From Sarea resinae (Eukaryota), in contig JAPEUD010000087.1 of assembly GCA_026026165.1 (NCBI GenBank), forward strand, positions 1 through 64,000: a stretch of 64,000 nt of DNA, written 5' to 3'. A program made the translations under genes and the position numbers. The notes under the pieces are model-generated. The model worked only from the letters and a program-made list of their open reading frames with translations. It was not told where the DNA came from and did not search any database. Positions 12,165 through 22,842 of the stretch are shown piece after piece (within the stretch, counting starts at the first letter, position 1; the number at the start of each line of letters is the position of its first letter).

Positions 12165-13128
12165 TACGATGCTTTCTCGACGATCTGTATATGAGGAAGG
12201 TGGCTAGTGATGTAGGTGAAATGTACGAAGTATAGGTGTGCCCAGTGACAGAAATATACCAGTCCCTTGCACCCCAAATATTATATACCTAAATTGAGCT
12301 CTCATCTTGCCGTTTTTAGCCACTGGTAAATTCTACAATAACTACCCAAAATCATGCCAAGCTATCAAGATCAGTGCATCAGTGCACGCCCGACTGTTCT
12401 TGCCCCCCCCCAACCCCCTTCTTGGCGTAGATCTCTTTTTCAAGCCCAACTGCATAAGGGCCCCCACCCCTATACGTTCGATCTTCGAGATGGCTTTCAT
12501 TTCTTGTCACCGATTTTTACGCTTTGTTACTGAGCTACTGTTGCTCGGTTTGTCTCCCACTTCGCGGTCGTGTGGTTCACTTTACGTAGGAGGCCCGTTT
12601 CCTCTCGGTCGCGCATCTTCCCATGGTTCGGGCTGGGTTGGGTTGGTCGGTGTCGGGCGTTTTTGTGGTGATGGGCTCGTATTGGAGAGGGGAGGTGTAT
12701 CGTGCTGTCTAGCAAACTCATGTCGGCCGAGGGCGAATGTTGATCTGGATTCGAGGATTGTAGGAGGTACCGTATACGGATCCCGGATATAGAAATCAGG
12801 TTCCCGCCACTATCATTCTAGCCTCTGGGAGGTCTTGGGGACTCTTTGAACCTTTGAGCACATCAAGGGGATCCACTGGCAAACTTGACAACCAAGCCAG
12901 GAAGAGCAGAAAGGGGAGAGTTGGGATGACAGCAACTATAACTGTGAGTATTGCCTTGTAATGAACCCACTCATGTGATGGGACGATGGTGAGATGGATG
13001 TCAATCAACCTGCTATAGATCTTGCAAAACAAGCTCGAACCTATGATACATACAAACATGCAGCCCAATCCCTTCCTCCCTCGATTCCATCCATTTGCGC
13101 TAAAACAAACCATGACGACAACCTTGAT

Positions 13129-14459
13129 CTATTCCAGCAGTGAAGCCTGATTCGTATAGAGCACATCCACGACACTGCTGAGCTTCTCCAGCGTAGTCAA
13201 TGCAGCATCGTATCCCTGATCGCGCTCCGCCTCGTCGAAGATGATCAAGCACCCGGTACCCTGGTCCAGCACGCCGATGATGACCTTATCCAGAATCATC
13301 TGCGAGAGCTTCCGCTCGACTTGCTGCGTGTCGAGACCTACCATCTTGGCGATGTGCTCGATTTCGACGCGGCTGAACGGTTCGATCACTTTGATCAGGT
13401 TCTGCTCCAGCATGGCGTCGTAGAGGCGTCGGAGGTGGTTGCGGATGAAGGTGTCGCTGCCGAGCTCGTAGCGGTAGTCCGAGAGCGCCTTTTCGTATTC
13501 TTCGAGACTGCGGTTCGAGTGTGCGCGCGCCACGGCTTTCATGGCCTCGAGGTTCTTGCCTGCGTATTTTGTGGCGTGCTTCGAGGTCATGAGCTGGTTG
13601 ACGTCGTCGCCGAGGTTGAGCATAATCTTGCAGAGGAGCATGTACTGCAGCGCCGAGGTGGCCTTTTGAGTCTCGTCCTGGGAATGGTAGCCCTCGAGGG
13701 CCTCGATGAAATAGGAGAAGGCGGTGTTGAAGTCTTTGTCTTCAGCGTGTAGCATTCCTGACTGCATGTCCAGACCAGCTTGGAGCAGTGGCGGCGTATA
13801 TACTGATGCTGCCGACGTTCGGGCTGCTGTCAGGGCTGCACGACCCTTAGGGACGTTTCCAAGGGCATGGTATACCCGGGATTCGAGAAGCTGCACTTCG
13901 ACGAGGACGAGCTTGTCATCTAGGCGTTTGAGCTCCTTCAGTAGGCTGTTGATAAGGGTGAGGGCATCGTAGTAGGACTGCTTTGCCATGTATAGAGAAA
14001 CGAGGCGAGTTTCAAGATTCTGCCGGAGGAAACCTCGACGTTCGGAGATGGCCCACTCGATACATGATTTCGTGACGGAGATTTGGGTTTCCAAGGTGTT
14101 GGGGATGGCCGAGAAGAAATCTAGGAGTTGGCGCACTGGAGATATTGTAAGCTCCTACACAGGGATGGTATGGGGCAATGGTATAACATACCCAGCTTCG
14201 CAGTTTTTGCCTTTGCGAAGGATGACAGCTCTGATCGACTTGTTCGCACCAGCTCCGCGAGCTCATCTGGCTTTTTGTTGTCTCGGTACAGCGCCCCCAG
14301 CCCGGTCAGAGCAGCTTCATAAGTCCCCAGCGCAGCTTCGCTCGAGCCTGGGCCCTTGGATAGTAGGTCCTTGTAGACAGCTTCCGCCTTTGCTGGGTCG
14401 GATTTTGCGAGCTTCTGCGCCTCTTCTATGCGGGCCGCATGTTCGGGCACAGGCGCCAT
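13129..14459 (-). CDS. RPN6: 26S proteasome lid subunit Rpn6 (PSMD11); exons 14459-14192, 14135-13129
   Basis: KAKTAKLVRQLLDFF; LLKELKRLDDKLVLVEVQLLES; PCI domain IEPFSRVEI..VERKLSQMILDK. Confidence 0.96.
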
Positions 14460-14723
14460 GATGATATTAAAGGTAATTCGGGAGGTTTGAAGGTGGAAAC
14501 GGTGATATTGCTGGAGGAGTTGAGCAATCACTGGAGAGCTGTAATGGCGTTGACGTTCGTTACCTCAAAGTTCCAGCGTCAACTTATCGTCCCGGCTGCC
14601 GTAGTCGTGATAGCTTACATAACCACCTCTTGCCGATCACAAAAATATTCGATGCGCAACACCAAAGCTTATCGACTGGGAATCAGAACATCTTCCTACC
14701 AGCAACAGGATGAGAAGCTCAAG

Positions 14724-16166
14724 ATGGTAAGCCACAATATAGCCAGCGATTTGGTCAACTCTCCTAACCTCTGTCTAGAAAATAAAAGCTCTCTCACGCT
14801 CGACGTCCTCCGCCCAGGAGCCAGGATCTAGTGTTTCTCGGCTCCCCCGCAACCTCGATCCTGCCCTGCATCCTTTCGAGAGGGCACGGGAGTATACTCG
14901 AGCTCTAAATGCCACCAAACTGGAGCGCATGTTTGCTGCGCCTTTCATCGCTCAGCTAGGGAAAGGTCACGTCGATGGCGTTTACACTATGGCCAAGGAC
15001 CCGGGGTCGCTGGAGAGATTTGCGAGTGGTAGCGGAGACGGTGTGGTGAAGGTCTGGGACTTGACAAGCAGAGAGGAGATCTGGAATGGCCAGGCACACG
15101 AGGGCATTGTCAAGGGAATGTGCTGGACGAAAGACCAGAAGTTATTGTCATGCGCAAGTGACCGTACGGTCAAGCTCTTCGATCCATACAACACACCCTC
15201 TGGCACGGCTCCTATGGCCACATACCTGGGCAAGACTGCCTTCACTGGCGTCACGCATCATCGATCCCTCCCGACGTTTGCAGCCTCTTCCAGTAATATC
15301 TCCATCTACGACCTTTCCAGACCGTCATCTAGTCCGATGCAGACGCTTGCGTGGCCCACCTCGACCGATACGATCAACACCGTTGCTTTCAACCAGACCG
15401 AAACCTCCATCCTCGCTTCGGCGGCGACAGACCGATCTATCGTCCTATACGATCTCCGAACGTCGTCTCCTCTGTCGAAAGTCGTGCTCTCCTTGGCATC
15501 CAACGCCATCTCGTGGAATCCTATGGAGGCTTTCAATTTCGCCGTGGCGAACGAAGATCACAACGTCTACATTTTCGACATGAGAAAAATCGATCGAGCT
15601 CTGAACGTGCTCAAGGACCATGTGGCAGCGGTCATGGACGTCGAGTTTAGTCCGACGGGAGAAGAGCTCGTGACAGCTTCGTACGATCGTACTGTGCGAC
15701 TGTGGGATCGATCTGGCGGCCACTCTAGGGATATCTACCACACCAAGCGAATGCAGAGGTAAGTTCCCAAACACCACTTTTGGCTTGCTAGATCTAACTT
15801 CTTTCCAGGGTGTTCTCAGCCAAGTTCACGCCCGACTCGCGCTTCATCCTCTCTGGCTCCGACGACGGAAACGTGCGACTCTGGCGCGCGAATGCGTCCA
15901 GTCGAGAAGGTATCATGTCGGCGCGCCAGCGCCAGAAGCTCGAATACGACGACGCGCTCAAAGAACGCTACAAGCACATGCCGGAGATCCGTCGGATCCG
16001 TCGCCATCGGCATCTTCCCAAGCAAGTCAAGAAGGCGGGCGAGATCAAGGGCGAGGAGCTCAAGGCGATCAAGAGGAGGGAGGAGAATGAGAGAAAGCAT
16101 ACGAAGAAGGGACTGCGCAAGAGACGCAGTGAGAGAGAGAAGATGATTCTTGCCAACGAAAAGTGA
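14724..16166 (+). CDS. SOF1: U3 snoRNP/SSU processome WD40 protein Sof1 (DCAF13); exons 14724-14726, 14779-15758, 15809-16166
   Basis: Spliced start MKIKALSRS; RNLDPALHPFERAREYTRALNATKLERMFA; HSRDIYHTKRMQRVF; Sof1 C-terminus MPEIRRIRRHRHLPK. Confidence 0.96.
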
Positions 16167-16700
16167 AAAGTGAAAAGGGGAATATTGTGGTCTTTACGTC
16201 GAGGCCGGGCGTCATGTGTATGACAGGCGTTTGAGTACTTAGCTCGGTGCATTGGTAGGCGTTCTTCACATATCCCTCATTTAGATCAAATCAACAGGTG
16301 AGGCTTCACTTCCCGCTTTACTGTGCTGTGTCTTTTGTTGTTTGCTTTGACAATCGTGGAAGTGATCATCTAAGATTGTTGAGGTGGCACTCCCACATGA
16401 CCGCCAGATAATGTCATGATGTGATGAGAGCAAGGGGCACTAAAAGTTGCGTCGGAGCACGGCAGACTATGGTCAAAAGCTCAAAATGTTGATAGAGGAC
16501 CATTGATGCACAAAGAGGCAAAACTGGCGGATGGGAATACCATCATCACTGAGAGTGACAGTAAAACACGGTCATGACGCGTGACATGGAGGACAGAGCA
16601 AACACGCTCCGCCGTCCAACACCAGCCCCCCAAAATTTCCCTCGAAGCACAAAAGTCACCGAATAGCTTCACAGAACGCCAGGCCCCTCGTACGCAGCCC

Positions 16701-16707
16701 ATAAATA
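16701..16707 (+). promoter_or_regulatory. TATA-like element ATAAATA upstream of the tRNA-like gene
   Basis: Lies 33-39 nt 5' of the predicted mature 5' end at 16740, a position typical for TATA-assisted Pol III genes. Confidence 0.4.
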
Positions 16708-16739
16708 CCAAGTTCAATGAAGACCCAATAACCAAAACA

Positions 16740-17040
16740 GCCAGCGTGGCCTAGTTGGTAAGGCATCAGCGGGGTATAACATCAGGCAAGGTAAAGTAGG
16801 GTTCGTGCAGGCGCATCGTGACGAACAGAGGGTTTGCTTGTACCATTGCTTCCTTCCTCGATCGCTTTATCCTTTCATTCATCGCTTCTTTCCTTCATCG
16901 CAACTTTGCTTGGCTCGACTCCCTCTCTCTCTCTTCCCCCTCTGTTCGAGTGATCAGTGTTTGTCCCCGCCCTGCTGAGCCTTTGTCCTGGTGTTCTCTC
17001 TCGAAGCTGAAGATCGGAGGTTCAAATCCTTCCGCTGGTA
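16740..17040 (+). tRNA. tRNA-like Pol III gene (Thr-like body, nominal anticodon GGT, aberrant G32/G33) with a 228-nt intron at 16777-17004
   Basis: Acceptor stem GCCAGCG/CGCTGGT plus A73; D stem GCCT/AGGC; anticodon stem TCAGC/GCTGA; variable loop AGATC; T arm GGAGG-TTCAAAT-CCTTC; A box TGGCCTAGTTGG; B box GGTTCAAATCC. Confidence 0.85.
16777..17004 (+). ncRNA. Structured tRNA intron: long hairpin with a box C/D-type kink-turn (candidate stand-alone ncRNA)
   Basis: Helices AACATCAGG(16778-16786)/CCTGGTGTT(16987-16995), GCAGG(16807-16811)/CCTGC(16971-16975) and CGAACAGAGGG(16822-16832)/CCCTCTGTTCG(16938-16948); k-turn formed by AGT-GATC(16949-16955) and GTGA(16818-16821). Confidence 0.6.
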
Positions 17041-17044
17041 ACAC

Positions 17045-17050
17045 TTTTTT
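17045..17050 (+). terminator. RNA polymerase III terminator (T6)
   Basis: TTTTTT beginning 5 nt after the discriminator base of the tRNA-like gene. Confidence 0.75.
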
Positions 17051-20000
17051 GGAATGTTCTTTTTCTTCTCTTTCTCGGTCTTGATGGTTCAATGGGATTC
17101 CTTTCTGGGGTTTCTCGCAGGAAGAATTGTCATTGTTTACTAGAATTTAGCAATCTATTTGACTCAATGGCACCGAGCCATGAAAGAAGAGTGGCGATGA
17201 ACAATGCACTGCACTTGTCAAAGTGGCCCGTATTGGGGCTCTATTGGGGTGATCCACATCCGGAGTATGCTGAGGCACGAGCAGGCTGGTGAAGAAACAA
17301 CTGATGTAGTAGTGATGGCGCCATGTCGTTGGCGATGAATACCATCGTGCCCGCCAGCGGGGGAATCTGATGAGAGAGCGAAGCGGGGTGACTTCTCACG
17401 AGACCATGATGGACTCAAGACATTACCAAGAGGTACTTGCACGACATCTGCGGTCGCACGTTCGAAACTCGGCATTGGCGATTGTTCTTTATTGTGTCTT
17501 CTGTTCGGCCATTTGGTTAGACTTATGTGGACGTGATCGGTGAATCTGTGTTTATATTTCTGTGCGGTGACGGCGGGTGTCCTTGGTGTTGGCTTCAAGG
17601 TTGTCTGCTAGCATAACTTTCCTGTCCACTTTCCTACCAAATCACCAGGCCTGCTTTCTCCTTGCTTCTCCACTCAGGAAAGTTTCGATAGAAGGAGTGG
17701 AGTGTACAGCATGACATGATGCCTTCCGTTGTCAACTTTTACAGCTGCGAGTGTATCCATCTCCTATCATATCCGTCGTCATAGATTTGGCGCGACGCGC
17801 GCTTAGCCGCCTTCCGCGCAATCGCACCTCCAAAACCCGAATTCAAGGCCTTGGAGCGCACTTCATCCACTCCACTGCACAGAGTGGCACACAGGCTCTT
17901 TAAATTTATACCGCTCGCGTAAGAGTGTAAGTCTTGTCTTGTAAGAATCAAAAGGCCATAATTGAACACACTTCAATAGTAGAAAATGTGGGCACTCGGT
18001 TCACGTCTCACAGAATCTCTTCTCAGGGGCAGGTCTTCTTCCGAGATAGGCTGAGGCTTTTCTAGAATATGCCCGACCTTTTGACTTCATCTGGCTTTTT
18101 TTCTGTGCGACCATGCCTCACCAGGTGACGCTGGCATGCAGGAACGTTATATTAAAAGGGACTTTGGTCGACAGGCACAGACATTTCCAGATCAAAGAGC
18201 CAATCAAAAAGGACATCGAATGCGCCTATCAGAATTAGCGGTTTACAATAGCTCGCCAGACCCTGAATAATAGTCCGAAAGCTTAAGGGGAGGGGGTGTG
18301 CTTGGACTTTTGATGGTCTCTTAAGGGATTGAGTTTGGGAATTGGGTTTCCAAGTGTGTCGATCTCTGGATTTCATGCAGAGAGCGGGCCTTCTCTTCCG
18401 CACATCGTCAAACATGATGAGGATCTTCATCGACATCAAGCCTCCTAGCAAAGGCATGCTTCTGTGCGCAGGCAGTTCGAATCTAGGTGCTTAACGCGAC
18501 GAGGGTCTTTTGATATCGCTTTGGAACAAAGCGTCATCACGACAGGCAATCTCGATGCAAATCTCCTGTCATGACCTCCTCAACAACAGACAATACGGAG
18601 TACGAGATGCGGAGAACCTGGCCGACGTCGCACAGAGACGCAGAAACGGCGTACACAACCCGCTAAGACCTCCGATTGTTTCTCTATTTCGATGCTGTGC
18701 CGCCGCCAGTATGCAATCCTGCATCAAGAAGGAGGTCGCGCCGTCGTTGACGTGTTGTATTAGATGAATGCGACATGATGGCGTTAACTTGGACTTTTAT
18801 AGATGTTCTTCACGAATCAATCCTTATGGAATAGCGCTCTCATCCTCCAGCGAAGCCACTGCCCCGTGAGGAACTATTCTCATTGGCAGCCACATGCTTC
18901 GACTTCCAAGCTGGAGGTTCCTTCGCGTCTCGTCTCGTTCGTCTCATAGGAGCTGTTCCACGGGGACCTGATGCGTCGCGTACCAGACCAAGCTAGGCGG
19001 CCAAGTACCAGGGACTTCTGATAAGGCGACTATCACATGGAGATCGTCGCCCGAAAGCCATGGCCGGCAGGTATCAGGATGATAGCCACTCGACCCATCG
19101 TCATTCCAATCCCACTCGGGACACTTTGCCACTTCCAGGGCTGTCGGCTCTAGGACGGAGTTCCGATAAGCAGCAGGACCATCAATCCGCAACCCGGCCA
19201 CCCACAAGATGACTCGAAGCCGGATGAGGTGAGCGGCTTGGTGAGGTGGCCGTGGAGGCGCCGGATATTGATGGATGCCTTTGCTTTAGCTTCCGTCACG
19301 CTGTAGGAGGGTCCAAACGTTTCCTCTCTCGGACCGACTCGATGGTCCATGATTCACGCGAGTAGAGTACTAGGTGTCGGCCATCGTACGGCGCAGGCGA
19401 TAGAGTGGCAATCATGTTGCAGAGAGACGCGAATACTATGCGCAAGGATGGGGGTCAAGATATGCACCGTCGCTGTGCCAGAGCAGTAGTGGGGATGATG
19501 GATGAAGTGGTGGAGGAATGATGATGATGATGCTGATGATGATGGAATGATATCAAATATGGCCTTCCGGTTTCATCGATCATAAATACCTTCACCGTCG
19601 CGTTGACTACCTCACTACTGTGGTACTTCGTACATGCGACGCCGTAGATCCCGATCCAAGGATCAAGACTGCCTGCAACCAGGCATGTGGGGGGTTTGAC
19701 GATAGGGGGTGATCACCATATCACCATGTTTGACGCAAGCAAGATGACTCGCCTGGACAGCAGAGTAAGGTACCTTGAGTAAGGTACCTTAAGGTAAGGC
19801 ATGTACTTCGTACTAGACAACTACTACCATAGTATACTGTGCAGGAGGATGAAGCGACTACTCTACGAGGGTCCTGATAAGAAACTCTACTCGAGTAGTC
19901 GGTACCGTGAGGATAATTGCAGAGCGCCTCCTTGCCCGTCGCCGTCACCCGTTGGCTTTTATCATTACATGCTGTGTCCGTACAGAGTCGAATAGAGTAG

Positions 20001-20741
20001 GGTAGGTCGCACCGTCGAAATGGCCGTGCGTCGACTGACGGTTGGTTGCCTGGATCGATGACTCGGTCGGGATCCATCTCTTTGTGTGTTTCGTCTTCTC
20101 TCTAGGCCAAGGCTTTCGAAGGTGGGCGACGTCAAGGTTGGCTGCTTGCTTGCTTGCCTGCTTGGATTGCCCAATTCCGCCTGCTATCACATGCTTGCGT
20201 CCTGACCACCACGTAACGCCCAATTATCCCCATCACGCAAGGCACCCAGGGCTCCCAATGCACAAACCGGTATCCCATCTCTCTCTCTCTCTCCCTCTTG
20301 ACGATAATACCACACCTTCATCATCTCTCCATTACACAATCTCATCCATATCCCCCTCCATTCCGTGCAGCCCACTCACCAGTCACCGACACTCAATCGC
20401 GTTGGAATCCACCTAGTCACTACCTCGAATACTTGGGACCCGGGAACGGTTTTGTTGGAGCAGACATAACACTACAAATCATTGAATACGAGTAGGTAGG
20501 TAGCTAGCTTCCCATGTGATTTCAACCGCGTGAATCCTTTCCCACGTCTCTTTCTCCTGCACATGCACAGCTCTTGCAGAATCTTCTTCTTCTGATACTC
20601 ACACCTTCCTACCGCACGACTGAGAAGAGACGAAGATTGTAAGCCGGATCCATCATCTATCATGATACCGAAGCCCGACTCAACTGCTGCAGCAATGAGG
20701 TGCAAAGCTAACGTGCTTTTCGATCTTATCACAGATCACAT

Positions 20742-21388
20742 ATGCCCCACGCCGAGGACAGCACCATGAGCGGACCAACTGTCAACGGCGAGAAGCCATC
20801 TTCTCAATTCATCTCCGTAAGTCCTGGTCCGGCGACTTGTCTCTTCCCCAAGCTACGTCTTGTTCCATTCAGGACAGCCGCTGACTTGATCAACAGCATC
20901 TGGCATCACTTCCCGTTGTCTCCGACTCTATCTCGACCTTCAAGTCCAATCCTTATGGAAAGAAATCCATTGAGCTCGCCGATACGGGTTATGCCAAGTT
21001 TGCCAAGCCAGTCCTTCCGTATCTTTCCGGTCCTTATGGATACGTCTCTCCCTATGTCCACAAGGTCGACTCCATCGCCGACAGTGGTCTAGGCAAGGTC
21101 GAGGAGACTTTCCCAATCGTCAAGGAGGACACTGAGAAACTCAAGGATAACGTCATCAGCGTCGCTTTCTTCCCTCTCCATATTGCCAGCCAGGGTCAAG
21201 AATACTTGTTCAACACCTACAACAGCGAGTATAAGAAGGTCGGCGGAGAAGGCATCGTGACCACCGGCAAGACTGTCGTCTCCACGGGCCTGCACGTCAC
21301 CTCGGACGTCCTGGGGTGGCTGGGCAGCTGGCTCGGTCCGAAGAAAGAGGCAGCCAAGGATAAGATCAACGAGAAGACCAACAACTAG
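20742..21388 (+). CDS. CAP20: CAP20/MPL1-like fungal perilipin (lipid-droplet protein); exons 20742-20816, 20897-21388
   Basis: Spliced product VNGEKPSSQFISHLASLPVVSDSISTFKSNPYGKKS..PYGYVSPYVHKVDSIADSGLGKVEETFPIVKEDT matches my recollection of the CAP20/MPL1 family; intron GTAAGT..CAG. Confidence 0.8.
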
Positions 21389-22842
21389 CTTGGTTGAAAC
21401 ATCGGAGGTGGCAGATTACGACTCAGCTTCTCGAGGCTCTCGAAGCCAGTCGGTGATGAATCTAACGGTAGTCGGCATGGGTCGAAGATGTTTAATGAAA
21501 TCGAGGACGGACGATTGCAATCATGAACGGGCATTATTCGGGAGCTTTGTCTTGTTGTCTTCCTCTCTAGTTCGAGCGTGTCATTCGTGGCCTTTACTTT
21601 GTGTGTTTTCAAGTACTCTGCGTATGGGAACCCAGTTAGCACATCTCAAATAAGTTTTGCACTCGCTGCCCATTCTTCAGTGCTAATTCTCAGTCGATAG
21701 CTCCCCTCAGTTTGTTTGATATATGCCATGATGAATCGTTTGCCATTGCTTTTCTGACGATCCACTGCGCTTGCAAGTAATCCATCCGTCCTTGACTCAC
21801 GTCCAGAGCGACGCCCAACTGGTTTATAATGTCTAGCTTGTCACGAGTATATTACGTGGTACCCACGATGCCACTCTTCGAGCCCAGAAAACCGAAGCTA
21901 GCGGGGGTCCCACCGACCTGAGGTACTCTTAGCTGAAGTGCCAAAAGCCACCTCATTAATTATTTTCGCCATTCTCGCTGACACCCACCACTAGGGCCAC
22001 ATTACTCGACTACCTTAACAGCGCTGTCGGCCGATACGAGGCAATCTCTCTACCATAGACTAGAGAAGGTAGGGAGAAAGCCTTGATATGTCCATGTCCG
22101 AATCATCGATTGGTAAATACAGATAGAGAGGTGAATGTTGGTCGTGTGCCCGGGGCCAATTCGTCGCTATTTCGGGCGAAGCTTCATCCATCCGTGCATG
22201 GTGTGCACATGGCGTGCGCCGTGGCGAGTTGAGCTGCATGAGTTGGGTATCAGACATCTACCCCAACAGTACCTTCTGCTGGTCGAAGTTTTTGCGGGGT
22301 TGGAGGTACTTGGCGGTTCACATCTGCCCTTCCGCATCGCCAACAAACGACCTTCTTCTCATCTCCAGACTTCATTGGTGGCCCGCGACAAGCAAATCTC
22401 TGTCTTGAGCTGTTAGCGACATATCTTGCACCGCTGGCTGCTCTCCTGGCGGCTGTGCCGCCGCTGGTTCCAGGATGATGTGCAAATACGTACCTGTCAG
22501 ATTAGAAGGCATAGATTCCACCTCGCGAGCTTATAGCTCGCTCAGAGCATGACTCTATCTGATCTTCCGTGGAAATGCGCCAAAGAATGGTCATGCTTTG
22601 GTGAGAGCAGCGTTTTGGGGGCATTAGTTGAAAGGACCTCTAGATACGGCTCTTATCTACTTGTGCGTTACATTGCCCTGTACGTCGACCATGATCGAGC
22701 CAATGGAGCAGGATAATGAAGAGCTTCTCAAGCAGGACAAGCCTCGCAGGTAGGCTTCTAAGGCTCAATCGCAGGACACCGCTCACTGTTCCTCAGATTT
22801 TTCAGAATCCGCCGTTGTACGTGGATATATTGCCCGCCATGG

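Noticed and set aside
12307..13113. Short ORFs between OGFr copy 2 and RPN6, including a hydrophobic segment on the minus strand
   Set aside because: Frames are broken by stops, no recognisable domain, and the region overlaps the likely RPN6 3' UTR
14492..14500. GGTGGAAAC near RPN6 resembling the Rpn4/PACE element GGTGGCAAA
   Set aside because: Imperfect match only ~35 nt from the ATG, probably inside the 5' UTR
16775..17006. Spliceosomal-intron interpretation of the tRNA insertion (GTATAA ... AAG)
   Set aside because: Removal would leave a 2-nt anticodon loop and there is no good branch point; the TSEN-type 37/38 geometry fits much better
17368..17470. CTGATGAG ... GAAAC resembling a hammerhead ribozyme core
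   Set aside because: Stems I-III cannot be formed convincingly, and the nearer candidate reads GAAG rather than GAAA
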